The position numbers and the translations under genes are program-made. The notes below the pieces were generated by a model, which worked only from the letters and a program-made list of their open reading frames with translations, was not told where the DNA came from and made no database searches. Below, one piece after another: positions 26,117-39,753 of a stretch of 64,000 nt of DNA. Source of the DNA: Podarcis melisellensis (Eukaryota); assembly GCA_964234715.1 (NCBI GenBank), contig OZ174277.1. The stretch is one strand, 5' to 3'. The first letter of the stretch is position 1; the number at the start of each line of letters is the position of its first letter.

Positions 26117-26901
26117 CTAGGGAACAATAAAAATTTGTTCTTATTGGAACACATTTTGGGGGAAGAAAGTCTGACATATTTACTTTTAAGACAGAGGAAG
26201 ACCAGAACAATTTTGTCGTTATCCTTGTAGAACTGATCAAGTCTCACAAGAAATGCATTTTTATTTAAACGTTTTACATTTCTACTCTAGAAAAATGGCT
26301 AAACAGAGAATAAAATAATACAGAATTTAACAGAACGGAATACATTATTATGTATTAAACTTGTATCCTACCCTTTTTCCCTAATAAGAGAAGCTGTAGA
26401 TTCCTATGTGCAACCAGCATAAGTCTCACAAGGAATAGTGTTGATGATCTGTGTGTGAAAGGTAAGGTAGGCAATGCACATGTGTCTGTCATTTTGGGTT
26501 TATCTGCTCCTCTATTTGATACCATAATGAGCATATTGTTTCAATTGAAACTTACAGAATTTGCATCAGATGGTTGAAAGACAAAGACTGACTTGTGCTG
26601 ATGGCCCTCAAAGAAGATTATGTACTTTGCTTCCACCCAACTGTCTTTAAAAAATCCCACTGCACTTCAGTAGATTGTCTACAATAACTGCCTTTTCTGC
26701 CCCATGTGGATCCTTAACTTAAACAGAATCTTGCAAGCTGAAAAATAATATAAATGTGACGTAAGAACTGTCTTGCCTTCTAAACTTTAAATTGTTTTTT
26801 TACCTGATTATCTTGATTCTAGCCTTAACACCTGTAGCAGCCTTGGTACTTGCATTATTTACTCCATGTTTATATCACTTCCCACTCCCCTATATACATA
26901 C

Positions 26902-27005
26902 CCTTTAGATTTTGGAGATTTACATCCTGTTAGTAACTGTTCTTCATCATCCTTATTAAATATGGATGTTACTTCCTTCCAACCTCGAAAACCTGCTCCT
27001 TGAAC
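26902..27005 (-). CDS. TDRP: TDRP coding exon
   Basis: ttttag|...|gtatgt; VQGAGFRGWKEVTSIFNKDDEEQLLTGCKSPKSK(G); phase 0 in, phase 2 out. Confidence 0.96.
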
Positions 27006-27093
27006 CTAAAAATGATAGTTTTACAAATTAATTTCATGTATGCAAAATATAAGGTAGGTAAAGGTAAAATTTAATGTATGCAAAATATAAGGT

Positions 27094-27170
27094 AGCCAAC
27101 ATGACTAAACCGCTTCTGTCACAATGGAACACCGTGACGGAAGCCAGAGCGCATGGAAATGCCATTTACA
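27094..27170 (-). mobile_element. Internal fragment of a Sauria-type SINE
   Basis: GCCAACATGACTAAACCGCTTCTG...GCATGGAAATGCCATTTAC is the reverse complement of the SINE body seen at 8460-8530. Confidence 0.7.
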
Positions 27171-30100
27171 AAATACAACACCGCTGTAGAAAATGGCACA
27201 TTAAACCATAGTTAAAAATAAATTATGGTTTAATGCATACATACAGTATACTAGTATGTGCTGCTGAAGAGTTTTTGCTTCGTTCCTCCCACAATCCTGG
27301 CAGAACAGTAATGTCAGCATGTTAGATCTCTAAAGTAACTTTGCATTAAAATTGAACAACTGTCAAACATGAACCATCATTAGGATTCCTGTTCTCAAAG
27401 GGGATTTTTGTCTATTTTCTCTGCTCCACCAATTGTGACCCAGGGAGAATGCAAGAGAGCCTTGGCTACTAGCTCAAATGATGGGACTTTGAAATGTTAA
27501 ATATGCGTGTTTAAGTCTCCAACACTAATCAGGAGTTAGCTATGAATAATTTTGATTCATTTCTTTGCCTTAAAGAGTTATGTCTTCATTTTGATCCATA
27601 AAGTGGATATTTAAATGCATAGTTCCAAAATCCACATTAGGTTAATACATGTATCAGACCAACCAAAATGTCACAGAATAATATAGAAGTTTGTGAGTTC
27701 TTGATAACTCTTTATCGGGATAGCTGGCAAAATAAAGCAGGGAAGAGGAGGGAGAAAACCTCTGGTGTTGAAAGCATGGAGGCTGCATTTAGTTGCAATC
27801 TTAAAATGGAAGGTGGGAGGTAGAAGACATTTAAATTAGGCTCTCCTAGTTGGTATGCAGGTTTCAGGTTGCACCTATGACTGCTGGAATGAAGAAATTA
27901 CATCAACTGCTCCTCCATTTTTTAAAGTAAAAAAAAATAAAAACCCACCTGTTAACCAAATGTTTAAAAGTTTCTTACTGGGTTAAAGCCTATTGCCACT
28001 CATTTGCTAATCTGTTCACCGATATTATCAGGTTGAAAGTGTTGTTATAAAAGAAGGCTATAAACTGCTGCCTACTGTAATGAAACCAAGGAATTCTCAA
28101 TTGTCTTTAGAGCTGATCACCTTTGCTGATAAGAGTACTCGCTTGAGGTAGTGGAAATTACCAGATTATTTTACAATAAGAAAGCTTTTACAGTGGGATA
28201 GGTTCCTTTTTTGTTTGGTCTAGAAGACAGTATGACAGAGGAGCCTGAGAGAATAGCCATTCCAGATTCCCAGCTTTCTTTCTTTCTTTTTTTTTTTAAA
28301 GGAAGTTTCTAGCCCTTGTAGAACCCAAGGTGCAAAGCAAAATGGGCCTAACCTGTTGTTGAGTTTTGAGAGAAATCAGCTGGCTTCCACATTTCAGTCT
28401 TTATAGCCAATGAATAGTCACATCAATCACTGATATTTGGAAAAATATTGCGGCACATTTAAAAAATGCTACTACCCTGTATGGAGCACTGAGACCCTGC
28501 TTGCCCTGATTATGGCTGGAGTATGAAAGCATCTTTTCACCGTTCATGGCTTACCTTGCAACACAGTCTCCTAGAGTATTTCATATAAAACAAGGCCAGC
28601 TAGGGCTCTTGATGCATGCCTTAAATTAACTACAGAATCCATTCTAGCTATTCTGCAATCCATTTCATGCAGTGGCATGAATTTTCTGGAGGGGAACCAC
28701 TTGGTTCTGTTCACCCCTATTTGGCTGATGACATAAAACATCAAATTTGTTGCCTTTACGGTTAAGGTTACTGAATGCACACTGAAATTCACCTCAAACT
28801 TGGTTGCCTTCTACACTGAGGCAAATGGGGTATACCAAGAGGTTCCTCTGCTGTGAACTATTAACAGGAAGCAACCAATTGGGTGTGCAACCAAACCGTG
28901 TGTGTGGTATGCTGCTGTGCAGGATTTAAGTAGCTCCATTCTACCAGCATTCTTTGTCCATTAAGTACACTCTGTCTTTATTGGTCTGCTTAGCTGGGGG
29001 GGGGGGCGTGTTCTAAAGATATTTTGTACTTCCGCAAACCTCAAGGTTCCCCCATGCTTGCTGATACCTCACTCTAGCATATAGGTTGTGCTGTTTTAAA
29101 CATGTTGCCATGTGGAGTGCTCCTTCTACTGTTCCAAGTCAGCCGTCCATACTCCCATTCCACTCTCCTGACACCTGTCCTTGTCAAAGGGCCAACATCC
29201 ATGGCCACTTTTAGGAACTGCTGAGCACTGCCCCATGAAATGAGCCATGTAACTGCAGCCTCTCAAGTAGGAACTTTCCAGTTCTGGTCTGGCTCTACCT
29301 GCTCAGGTTGGCCATTGTCTCCTGCAGGCTAGGAAGGTTTATAAAGAACTACCCCCCCCCCCCAAGCTGGGCTTTGCTTGAACTCTATCTGGTCTTGCAT
29401 TTCTGTTCTTGCTCCTTCATCCTGGCTCTAAGCTTGTTCTCCAGCCCTTCCTCCTAGTTGCCTTAAGATCCTGATTGCCCTTTGGTTCTGGCTCCTAGTT
29501 CTCAGCTTCTGAGTCTCTTCAGACTGCTGCTCATGGCCCATTCAAACACTGTTCACCAACCTTTGGAGGGCTAGTGGACACATTTGAAATTTCCTGAGAG
29601 TGGTGCCAATGCAAGTTGCATAATTGCTGCCATGGGCTTGTGGCATAACACATAATAGCTGCACATCTAAAAGAGCAAAGAAAGAGACGGGGCCACAAAA
29701 ATGGTACTTGTATGCCCTACCACCATCAATGGGAGAAAGGAACAACTGCATTTGCTCACAGAGAGAAGCTATTTGACCTCCCCTCTGTCCAGAATGGGGA
29801 AGGAAAGGTGCACATCCAATCCTGGAATTCAATGAAATGTGGCTATGTTTCAGGAATAGGGATGCAGTGTAGGAGATTACTAAACCAGTGTAAACGGGAA
29901 CTGAATAGGAAGAGCAAATAATATCCCATGCATTGTAGATTTCTAAGGGAATACTTAAATAATATGTGGGTGCTATTTAAGGAATTAACACGCACTCTCA
30001 CGGGTGCTATTCTGGTGCCCCCCAGAGTACACTATGGGAGCCTTTTAAAATCCAAATGTAAAACTTAATTTAAATTGACTTATTTCCCCTGAATGTTCAA

Positions 30101-30813
30101 ATAATTCAATGCTACACTATATAATTTCAGCCTTATGAAGCAATATCATCATTACTATTACTAGTAGTAGCAGAAGTAGTAGAAGTAGTAGATGAGCAAG
30201 TATAATACATTATATTGTTTTCATGACTGATCTTTCACAAGTGTGCTTGAACTGATTGTGTAGTGAAAGTCTAACTGAAGATTCTTGAGAGGCCATTTTG
30301 TCTTCTTATTTTTTAACTTTACACAGCTTCTTGGAGCAGGTTTCTACACTTTCAGTAGCCAACTTCCCAGCTCCCCAAAATAATCTTCTGCCATCAAGTA
30401 ATTGTAATTTAATGAGCACAGCTTGTGAAACAAGAAATATGAACAGCTATGTGTCACTGTTAAAGGAAAACAGATGAGGATGACAATTTTGATTCTACTT
30501 GTATCAGCAGTGAAATCAAGAGGCCCTGAATCATAAGGTACATCAGCTAAAAAAACAACAACCCCAAATGCGCTGCTCAAGTTATAACATGTGCATGACA
30601 AACCTTCCCTGAAAGCATTTTGTTCGAGATAGGAGAGGGAAACAGAGGTGGGAAAAGATCCCACACAAACAATGCAGTGAATCAAATAGTAAGATTGGGG
30701 AATATTGTGAAATGAAGAATATCAAATATAGGTCATTAATATTCAGAATATTACAGAAGAACATTTCAGAATAGAACTCTGGTATCTCCAAAGAAATAGG
30801 GTTGCAATGCGAT

Positions 30814-31823
30814 CAGGGACGTCTTAAGCATATCCGGCGCCATGGTGCAAAGATCCCTCCAGTGCCCCCCCCCCATTTGCCAGAGTTGTCAACCTTTTTT
30901 AAAGGGGGGACCCCAAAGTTGTTGACTTTTTTTTTAGGGAGCTGAGACCAAGCTTACACATTAACTCTAACAACAAGCCCTTAGAACAAAATAAAATGAA
31001 AAGGCAAAAGAAAATCTAATGAAGTCCTCAATTCCAAAGCAAGACTCATTCAAGACTCATAAGTGCTTCTAATTCATCTTCATGATTCAGATCACCACAT
31101 ATCAAAAAGTTAAAGCAATCACCAGTTTGTTCTTTAAATAAATTGATGAAGACACAGAGAATGAAGTTCCCGGCCAATTTGTGTTTAAGTACAAAGCTGA
31201 CCTTTTCAAATATTGTGGGGGTGGGTGTAAAGCAGTGACATCCTGAACCTAAAAAGGACCCAAAACTTGGGTCACAAAGGCTGCAGCCCCAACTGCACTT
31301 ACCTGCTGAATCTAATAGGACCTTAAAGCCCACTTTTTGTTGGTGTTTGTTTTTAATCACTACCTGCATGGAGAACCCGCTCTCAAGTCCATCCTTACCT
31401 CTGAACTAAGTCCTAATGGTAGTGTGCCCCCCCTCAGCTTTCCCCTCCCACCACCCCAAATCTGAATGTATCCCTCCTCCACCTTTTTCCTCGACGGAAG
31501 GGGTGGGGGGTGATGTTCTCGGCACGCCCCCTCCCTGCCCCCTGCGATGGACAGCTCAAGGCTCGCTTGCCATGCGGCCGTCCTCAGCAGTCCTGCTACG
31601 GGGGGGGGGCAGGAGGGAGAAGGGCACGACGTAGCTTTGTGCCACTGCTGCCTCCTCTCCCAGGCAGGAAGCGAGAGAGAGCGGCGGGCTGTAGGAAGAG
31701 CCGCCGCCCAGCATGCCCTCACAGCTGTTCCCGGTCAGTCTTGGACTCCCACTGCTGGGCACCCCTGATGGGCAGGCACCGTGGTGCAGGGTGCCATTAA
31801 CCCTAATGGGTAAGACATCCCTG
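30814..31823. mobile_element. ~1-kb non-autonomous hAT element
   Basis: TIR CAGGGACGTCTTA / TAAGACATCCCTG; 8-bp TSD AATGCGAT / AATGCAAT; GC-rich subterminal region gives spurious ORFs; no transposase motif recognised. Confidence 0.85.
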
Positions 31824-32113
31824 AATGCAATTTTTGTTGTGTTGATACAAGATCATTAGCTCAGAATAATTTATAGATGTTCTGAACACCAAATGCATAA
31901 GAAAATCCTAGGAAGAACAGTCTGAATTCATGACGTGAAGCAACAATGAAAAATAAACAGATTTTCAACCTGCAAGCATCTAAAGGTGTTTCCTAGACTT
32001 AAGAAACTTCTTATTTAGTAATTAATTAAAAACTGGGGAAAGGAACTGAAGATCGTAATGGAACAAAAAACTGTACTCCCTCCATAACAGCCTATGAGTT
32101 TCAAACAGAGATA

Positions 32114-32355
32114 CAGTGGTACATCAGGTTAGAAACGCTTCGGGCATACAAACACTTCAGGCTACAAACTCTGCTAGCCCGGAAGTAGTACCCCAAGTTG
32201 CAAACTTTGCCCTAGGATGATTACGAAAATTGCACAGCGGTGGCGCGGCAGCAGTGGCAGGCTCCATTAGTGAACGTGCACCTCAGGTTAAGAACAGTTT
32301 CGGGTTAAGAACGGACCTCCTGAACGAATCAAGTTTGTAACCCAAGGTACCACTG
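32114..32355. mobile_element. Tc1/mariner (Tigger-like) MITE
   Basis: TA|CAGTGGTAC ... GTACCACTG|TA. Confidence 0.85.
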
Positions 32356-32714
32356 TAATAGAATCCTAGTCTATTTTTCGTAAGGTTGCCATATGTGTTT
32401 CCAAAAGTAGAAAGCTTTTTTAAGATATGTTTTCTTTAAAAAATACTGTAAATATACATCAGTTCTGTTAAGAATCATTTATCTCCATTTACATCACGTG
32501 CTCAGAATTCTATCTTTAAATTATTTATGATGGTTTAGCGACTCAAAGCCTTTTTGAAAACAGATACTCATTTTAGCTGATTAGATACAATGGAATGAAA
32601 ATTTGACTAAAAATTGCTCCTGAAAAGAGATCCACATACCAAAACAGGTTTCTTTTGAATGAAACTGCATGTACAGAGCGAACATAAATCTGCATTACAA
32701 TGGGCAGCTAGAGG

Positions 32715-33182
32715 CAGGGGCACCATCTCACCTTCAGGATTGTGGGTGCCCACCGCTGTATCACAAACGTTTGATGTCACACACTAGTGCATGTGATATC
32801 ACACGCACGACACATGACACCGCATTGCGTTTTTGGAGGGGGGGCTACGTGTAGGCATGTGCATGTGACATCACACACCTGTGTTGCAGCTGCCGATGGC
32901 ATCTCTTCTTCCTTCTCTCCACAACCAGCGAGACACCCTTTTCTCTGGAGAGGGCTCAGACTCAGAGGCAGAGAGACTCTGCCCCCACATCTGAGCCTTC
33001 CCCCAGAAAAGGGTAACTCACTGGCTGGCTGTCGAGGGCAGCGCTGAACTGCTCTCTCGGAGGGAGTGCAGCAGAGGCTGGCTGCCTGCCTCTCTGATTG
33101 ACCTTGGGGGTGCCCGGCCCCTACAATTATATTATTGTGGGTGTGCCCAAGCACTCACAGCCCACTGAAGTTGGCTCCTATG
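32715..33182. mobile_element. hAT MITE (CAKRGGYGCCRACT-type termini)
   Basis: Ends CAGGGGCACCATCT / AGTTGGCTCCTATG; perfect 8-bp TSD GCTAGAGG at 32707-32714 and 33183-33190. Confidence 0.8.
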
Positions 33183-33259
33183 GCTAGAGGCAAATCATCC
33201 AATGAAATCTCCGTTGCATCATACACCGCATGTATCTCTTGATAATGGCTAGTGTGCGT

Positions 33260-33655
33260 AAGTTGCCAATTATCATCCAGGCCCAATTCAAAGCACTAAT
33301 GATATCCTAAAATCTTAAGCCACAAATAGCTGTATTCACACCTTTTCCCCTATTGTCCTCATCATATATTAAGATGTGCCACTCTGAGGTGCGTCATGCT
33401 TCAAAAGTATTCGCCTTCCAGCATCAGATGAAGATACATCTCCTTGCCCAGCCTTTATGAAAGGTGAAGTATGGTTATCCCTGTAAATATGTTGTTTCTA
33501 GTTCCCACTGCCAACTAACTCTCTTTCTCTCTCCCTCTGAAATTGTATAGCGATTTGTTTATTTTGATTTCAGCTGACATACTATTTGGCTATAAATATG
33601 TGTGTGTGTATGCTTCCCTGGGACCTTTGGGTGAAATATGGTTTATAAATACTAT
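33260..33655 (+). mobile_element. Decayed L2-clade LINE 3' end
   Basis: TTGCCAATT...CCAGGCCCAATTCAAAG motif and a 3' tail resembling other L2 ends in the window. Confidence 0.45.
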
Positions 33656-34689
33656 TAATAGGTCTGACTTTGTAAATATAGTAAAATCACAGACAACACA
33701 AAAGTAACAATTCTCAAGGATTTATTATCATATACTGCCAGTGATTTCAGCTACGTAATTTATTATTGTTGTAGGCCTATGTAAAATCTTGACTACAGTT
33801 TTAAATGAGCTAGAAAGTCTCATGGAACTAGATTTTACAAAGCCCCACCTTAAAGGGGCGGTATTAGGTTTTTGCTCAGTCCTTGGGCTGAGCATAGCCT
33901 CTGGGGAGGGATGACAAAAATACTTAGTCCAGTTCACAATTACTAGTTTCCAGGGTTACAGCTTCCAGGAGAGGGTAGAAACAAACAAAGTAGGCAATAG
34001 GCTGAACCTGTTAGATGACTGCCTTCCCAGAATATTGCTTCACACTGACATTCTTTCAAAGGTTGTCTAGCAGAGAGGTCATATCTCTTGTAGAGTTACT
34101 CTGAGCTTGGTGGCCACTGTTGAACTAGGCGTTGAAGCAGCTTAAGGAAGAGCTCCTGTCCTACCCTCCTCAGTTTGCAAAAGGAGAGAAGTTTTAACTG
34201 TGTTGATTTGAAAATCCTGCTCCTCCCCCCACCCTTCTGCCCTTGACACAGCTAATGCACGGTATTTGTTTGTGGCAGCCATACAATAAGACAGCCATGA
34301 AAGGCTAGCACAATTACCTTACTTCAAGGTGAACTAGTACAGAGCTGTTCCAAGCCTCGCCTTTCTTCAAGAATGGGAGATGTCACATTGCGAAACACAG
34401 GGGCAACAATGCAGCCAGTGACGCTGCAATTATTATCTTATAAAGATGGAAGGTATAGCTTAATGCACCAGCTAGCACTTTAAGATTCTGTATGTTAAGA
34501 ATGAACAACTTTATAACCAGTATTTGCAAGTATTTACAGATGAATTTTGTACATCATGGGCCAAAATAGGCTTCAAAGTTGTTTAAAAACTGATTGCACA
34601 AGCATTAAAATATAACTATTCATAATTAAAATGTACAATAAAAATCCAATTAAAAGAACATAGTCATTAAAACAGAAGACTCAAGTTGG

Positions 34690-35210
34690 GAGATCAAAGG
34701 AAGGTCTGTCTAAACAGGTGAATCTTTAACAGTTGGCGGAATGTAAATACATTTGGGGCCTCCTATATTTCAGTGGGGACTGCATTCCATAACATTGGCA
34801 CCACCAGCGAATAGGTTGCCTCCACATCACCACAAGTCAGTTATCATCAGGCCATAGCAAGACAAAATGGGTTCTGTTTGATTATCTTAATGTTCCTATA
34901 GCGCAATGGAGGGGAACTAGTTTAAGGATTTATATGTAAGCAGCGAGACCTTAAAATTAGCCTGTGAAGATCCCTTCCTTTGAGTATGATCTGTGCCCCA
35001 AAAGGGATACCACCCACCACACAGGTTGTGGCATTATGAACCAGCTGCAACCTCCAAACTAACTTTAAGGGAAGCCCTGCATAGAGCATGTTATAGTAGT
35101 CTAAACATGAGGTTAATAGTGCAGGTATCATAGTGGCTTAGCTATCCCTGTTATGAAAGGGTACAGTTGATGTACCAGCTGAAGCTGCTGAAAGGCACTC
35201 TCTGCCATGA
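34690..35210 (-). mobile_element. L2-clade LINE ORF2 C-terminal fragment
   Basis: Translation LLTSCLDYYNMLYAGLPLKLVWRLQLVHNA matches the L2 motif SRLDYCNxLxxGLP...LQLVQNAAAR. Confidence 0.8.
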
Positions 35211-37189
35211 AGAGATAATACGGTAGTTATTCCAGATTAATGAATGTGAGTATAATGTTATGAAATTGTTGTTTATTATTACAAAAACTTCTATGGCATG
35301 ATTCAACCAAAGTGTTTTAAGTTGCTCTGGTGCTAATGAGAAAATTAAAGCATGCTTATGTCACTGCTATCGAAATCAACGGGCCTCACAATCCTTAACA
35401 GTTTTGAGCCCCTGTTGTGCACAGTTCTTGTTCATACGAAACCTAGATCAATTCTCTCTCTATTTCTAAAAAATATTATCCTCTAAGCCCGAGCAATGTC
35501 CGTTGGAGCTTCACTGAAGCCACATGAATAAAAAGACCACAAAAGCTAGTGTTATCCAGGGGTGCAAAAAGAGTAATTTCTCCCTCAGTACAGCCATGTT
35601 GGAGTGCCTAATGTTTAATGTTTGGCTAGCTTAGCAGAACTCCAATGGAAACAATGGATGGATCCTGAACTGCCTCTGCAATAGCCATTTGGCATATACT
35701 GGAGCGTGCCTCCATTCTTTTATGTAACTCGAGCATAAGTTTTCAGTATTGTTCCTGGGACTTGAAAAACAAATATTAAATAAATAATTATGGAAATACT
35801 AGTAAGAATCTTGTTCTATGGAGAAAAAAAAACCACAACTGACAAGAGACTCTGTTATTATTGAACTAGGCCTGTTTTATCAAGGCTTAGTTTGGCTATA
35901 ACAATGCAGAGCTGGAACTAGAGGCATTTCTTTCCCTTGATACCAAACTAAGGTAACAAAGACTTAGTAACAGTAAAGTTAAAGACTGTCAACTCTACAA
36001 ATGCAATATGGACAGACTCTGAAGTGTTATAATTGTGATGTGCTTCTGCTGTTTTAGATGTTACTTGTATGACTCTGGAACACACAGATTTATCACTTAA
36101 TAGAATGGGTGCCTTTTTTGCCTAGAGTTGTAGCTCTCCAAGATATATTCTAATAGGGATATATTCAAACATAAAATGCTTTGGCATCAAATCCTTCTTT
36201 TCAACACAACCATGCACCTGGACCAGCCTAGCAATGGCTGAATGGAAAAAGCAACTTCTACTTTTCAACTGATTCCCATTCTCTTGGGTAGTGAAGTTGT
36301 CCTTCCTCCTTTCATCACTGGATAAATACTTTTTTCTGTGCCACAAAAGGAAACAGATATTTCAACTATTTCACCTTAGATTAACAATGCAATCACACAT
36401 AGAGAGAAGTAAGTCTCACTGAGTTCAATGGAGCTCACTCCCAGGTAAGTGAGTATAGAATTGTAGCCCAAGGATCCTTGAAAACATACATTATTTTGGT
36501 AGAATTCCAGTAAGAAAAAGAGAAAGAGACAGACAGACAGACAGAGACTCATACTTAGTCTCCAACTGAAGTTCTATTCCTAAATAAATCAATTCTTACC
36601 AGCATACTTAGGATTCAGCATTCACCGACACCTAAGTACTGCAATGCTGCTCATTTCTCTCCTGAATACAAAACTCTTCTATTGTAGGTACTTTTACCTG
36701 TTACTAACAAACTCCTCCCCTCAATTACAACACTCTTTACCTTTAGTCTAGCATATCTTGTATAGCAATCCCTGCTGTGCCCCCCCCCAAAAAAATCCCT
36801 CTTCTATTGAGCAGGTATGTGGATTATCTTGTTTCCTGGGAGCATGCCAGACTAAAATCTAGATCATGTCTGAGGAAATGTTTACAAGTCCTGGGCCACA
36901 ACAAGGTGTCATATTTTTTCAGTGTCATAAGTTACAAGCTGCAAAACAAGAAGAAAGCTAGTATAATTTGATGTTGAAATGCCAGCAAAAACATTCTGTA
37001 GAAAACAACAGGGAAAAAGAAGTAATACAAAACAAGGGGACGGGCAGACTTGCATACATGTTGCTGGTAAGAAAGTATTGCCTTCCTGGCTGAGGAAAGG
37101 GCTGTTACTAGGATACACCCTTCAAGCTTTCCTGACCTGGGACCCACCTCTAACCTAAACATATATTTATAGACCCAAATGTATTTGTG

Positions 37190-37316
37190 GACTTTTAATA
37201 TGTAATGCTTTATTATGTTTTCATATATGTTGGAAGCCACCCAAAGTGGCTGGGGCAACCCAGTCAGATAGGAAGGGTAATTTTTATTATTATTGTTATT
37301 ATTGTTATTATTATTT
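37190..37316 (+). mobile_element. L2 LINE 3' tail fragment
   Basis: GGAAGCCACCCAAAGTGGCTGGGGCAACCCAGTCAGAT...(TTA)n, same tail as the copy at 55120-55197. Confidence 0.7.
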
Positions 37317-39441
37317 ACCGTCTATTTGTATGGTGGCAGTACTGCTGTTGTGACCCACCTTAGATTAGGCTGTGAGTGAATCCCAACCCACCAACTGAAA
37401 ACCATTGCTAGCCTACCTTAATTCATCTGCACCAGACAGCCAATGGGTCACATGTGGCCATATGTATCCTGTTCACTCATTCTCGCAGTCTGAATCTCAG
37501 ACCTCAACTTGAACTCCACCTTACAGTGAGGTGTCCTTCAGGAGGAAACTCTAGATCACTGACTGCGTCCTGAGGTCTAGCACCTATGTGTCAGACATCG
37601 AGATCAGACTGATTGGCCTAAGCTCTTCATTAATATTTAAACCATTTGACAGGGTTTGAACATATTGTCATGCTTGATTTACAGTGATTAGCTCATGAAG
37701 TCTGCCTTGAGATTCTGAGAAAGTTTCTTCTTAAGAAATGTTCTAGTCAGATCCCAGTCACACAAGTGCCACTTCTTACAATGAATAGGCTTCTTCTGCC
37801 TACAAAAGGCAAACAACATGTGCTAAAGAAACAAACCATGTTTCACTGAGTAAGAATGAAACTCTGATATAGCAGCTGTGCCCCATATCCTCTTATACAG
37901 AACGTGAACTTACATATTCTTTTTAAAGGTCCTTGGCCACTATTTGTGACACTGCAGTTTCCACACTAACTATCATGCTTCTCACAAAATCATGTCCATA
38001 GGTCTGGCACCTAAGAAAACTGCTTCAAGGAGAAGACTTGACAATTCGCTAGGTTTAAGGTCTCTGGAAATGACAATATGTGTCATCAAGACATTCCTGT
38101 GAATAATGAATTGGTAAAAATCTGAGTCTTGTTTTAATCTAAGGGGAAATTGGCAGCATTTCAGAATAATAACAGAATACAAACACCTAGAGGCCTCATT
38201 CAAACTTCAGAACAAAAGGAAAAGCACTACTTTGAGAACACCTAAGAATAACACATTTCAAAGGAATGCGTATGGAAGACAGGAAGTAGGGAAGAATGGG
38301 AGACATTCCATATCCTTTTGTGGCTTTTATTGTGAATTGCTAAACGACTTTAAAAAAAAATAGAGTAAGCTTAAAAGTAAAGGTTTCAAAAGTGGGAGGT
38401 ATTGTGGAAAGATACACTCTCAGTCTGACTTTGTTGGGCATGCAAATGATCTACAGCCTAATGTGGGCATTCAGGTGTTCAGGTGATGTGCCACTAGAAC
38501 AGAGCACTTTGAAGAATCAGAAATGGAAGGCAGCAGCCATGCTCATATAATACCACATTATGTAAAAGTTACATTATTATAAGAACCTTGTTGTGTAATT
38601 CCAGTCTCGAGTGCTAATTATGTCAGTACTTTCAGGCAGTAAATGTTATAATTAAGCCTGTAAAAAAGACACCAGCTGGTGATTCATGAATCTCATGAGC
38701 GGAGAGGAAAGAAAGCATTGCAATTCTATCATTTCTAATTTTGAAAAGAAGAAAAATTATACTTAAAATAATAATAATAAATATTCTGTAAGATTAATCA
38801 TCTGAAAGTCAGACAACGTCAAATTTTTACTTGCACACGCTTACCGGTAATTTGACCTTTCACTGTGTATTATTTAACTATACTGACACATGGACTCGAA
38901 ATATTTGTACCTGCAATCTTGCAGGTCGGCTTGTCGTGCCAACAAAATATTTCTCTATTACTGCCATAATAGAATGTTTTGTAAAATCATAGCTACTGTT
39001 GTGTTTCTTCCTAAATGCGAATCTGCTAGAAGTTGAAATACGAAGTTTAAGATCAGCCTGTTAACTACATATCCATATGTAATTTTATTCACAGCAATCT
39101 TAGCTCTTTCAGTACAAAGGTTAAACATCAAAGCATTAAAATTAAGATTCAAAGGGCAAAATAAATCAGTGCTGCAACTGTTTTAATGAACTGCTATTAG
39201 GATTCTTTATTTATTCATATTTTTTTCAAATGTTAAACCATGTGATGAACATATGAAATACCAAAGACCAAAATGCTTGTGACTCTAATACCAAAACAAT
39301 TAAGTCGAGTCACTGAAGACGTAATAGAGGAATGTTGTTTGTCAGCCTACCCAGAAAAAGTTGGTGCACTGTAAAATATCCAGGAAAAGGAAATACTGCG
39401 TGAAACAAGTTTGAATTCATATCTCAATATTAAGCTTATAC

Positions 39442-39501
39442 CTTTGTTGCAAATTGTGAAACAGAGGATGTAACTTCGTTATGAAAACATGGATCTTTAT
39501 T
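39442..39501 (-). CDS. TDRP: TDRP 60-nt internal exon (NKDPCFHNEVTSSVSQFATK)
   Basis: Branch-like CTAAT, pyrimidine tract TTTTCTTTTTCTTTTAAG|, 60 nt open in phase 0-0, |GTATAA donor; fits between ...FSAQ and VQGAG... Confidence 0.75.
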
Positions 39502-39753
39502 CTTAAAAGAAAAAGAAAAATTAGAAACTGTAATCAGTTTTCAGTTTCAGAGAGTTCATGAAACTTTTATAATGATTAAGCACTAATTAGAACCACAGAA
39601 TTTCTATAAATGCATAGATTAAATGTCCATAGTTTACTTTCTTCCATAGAAACTCCCGTTCTTCAATTTAAATCAAATATACACTTCACTGTACTGGGCA
39701 CCTTTTCTGCATACAGAGATTCTCCGAAGCAGCAGCAGAAGTGCATAATAATT

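Noticed and set aside
26117-26247. N-terminal 44 aa of the 158-aa ORF
   Set aside because: Intronic read-through upstream of the true acceptor at 26116.
29150-29560. Possible old LTR (TATA-like motif followed by CT-rich repeats)
   Set aside because: No definable termini or TSD.
31046-31800. ORFs of 68-120 aa inside the 1-kb hAT element
   Set aside because: No BED finger, DDE or hATC motif recognised; GC-rich subterminal sequence.
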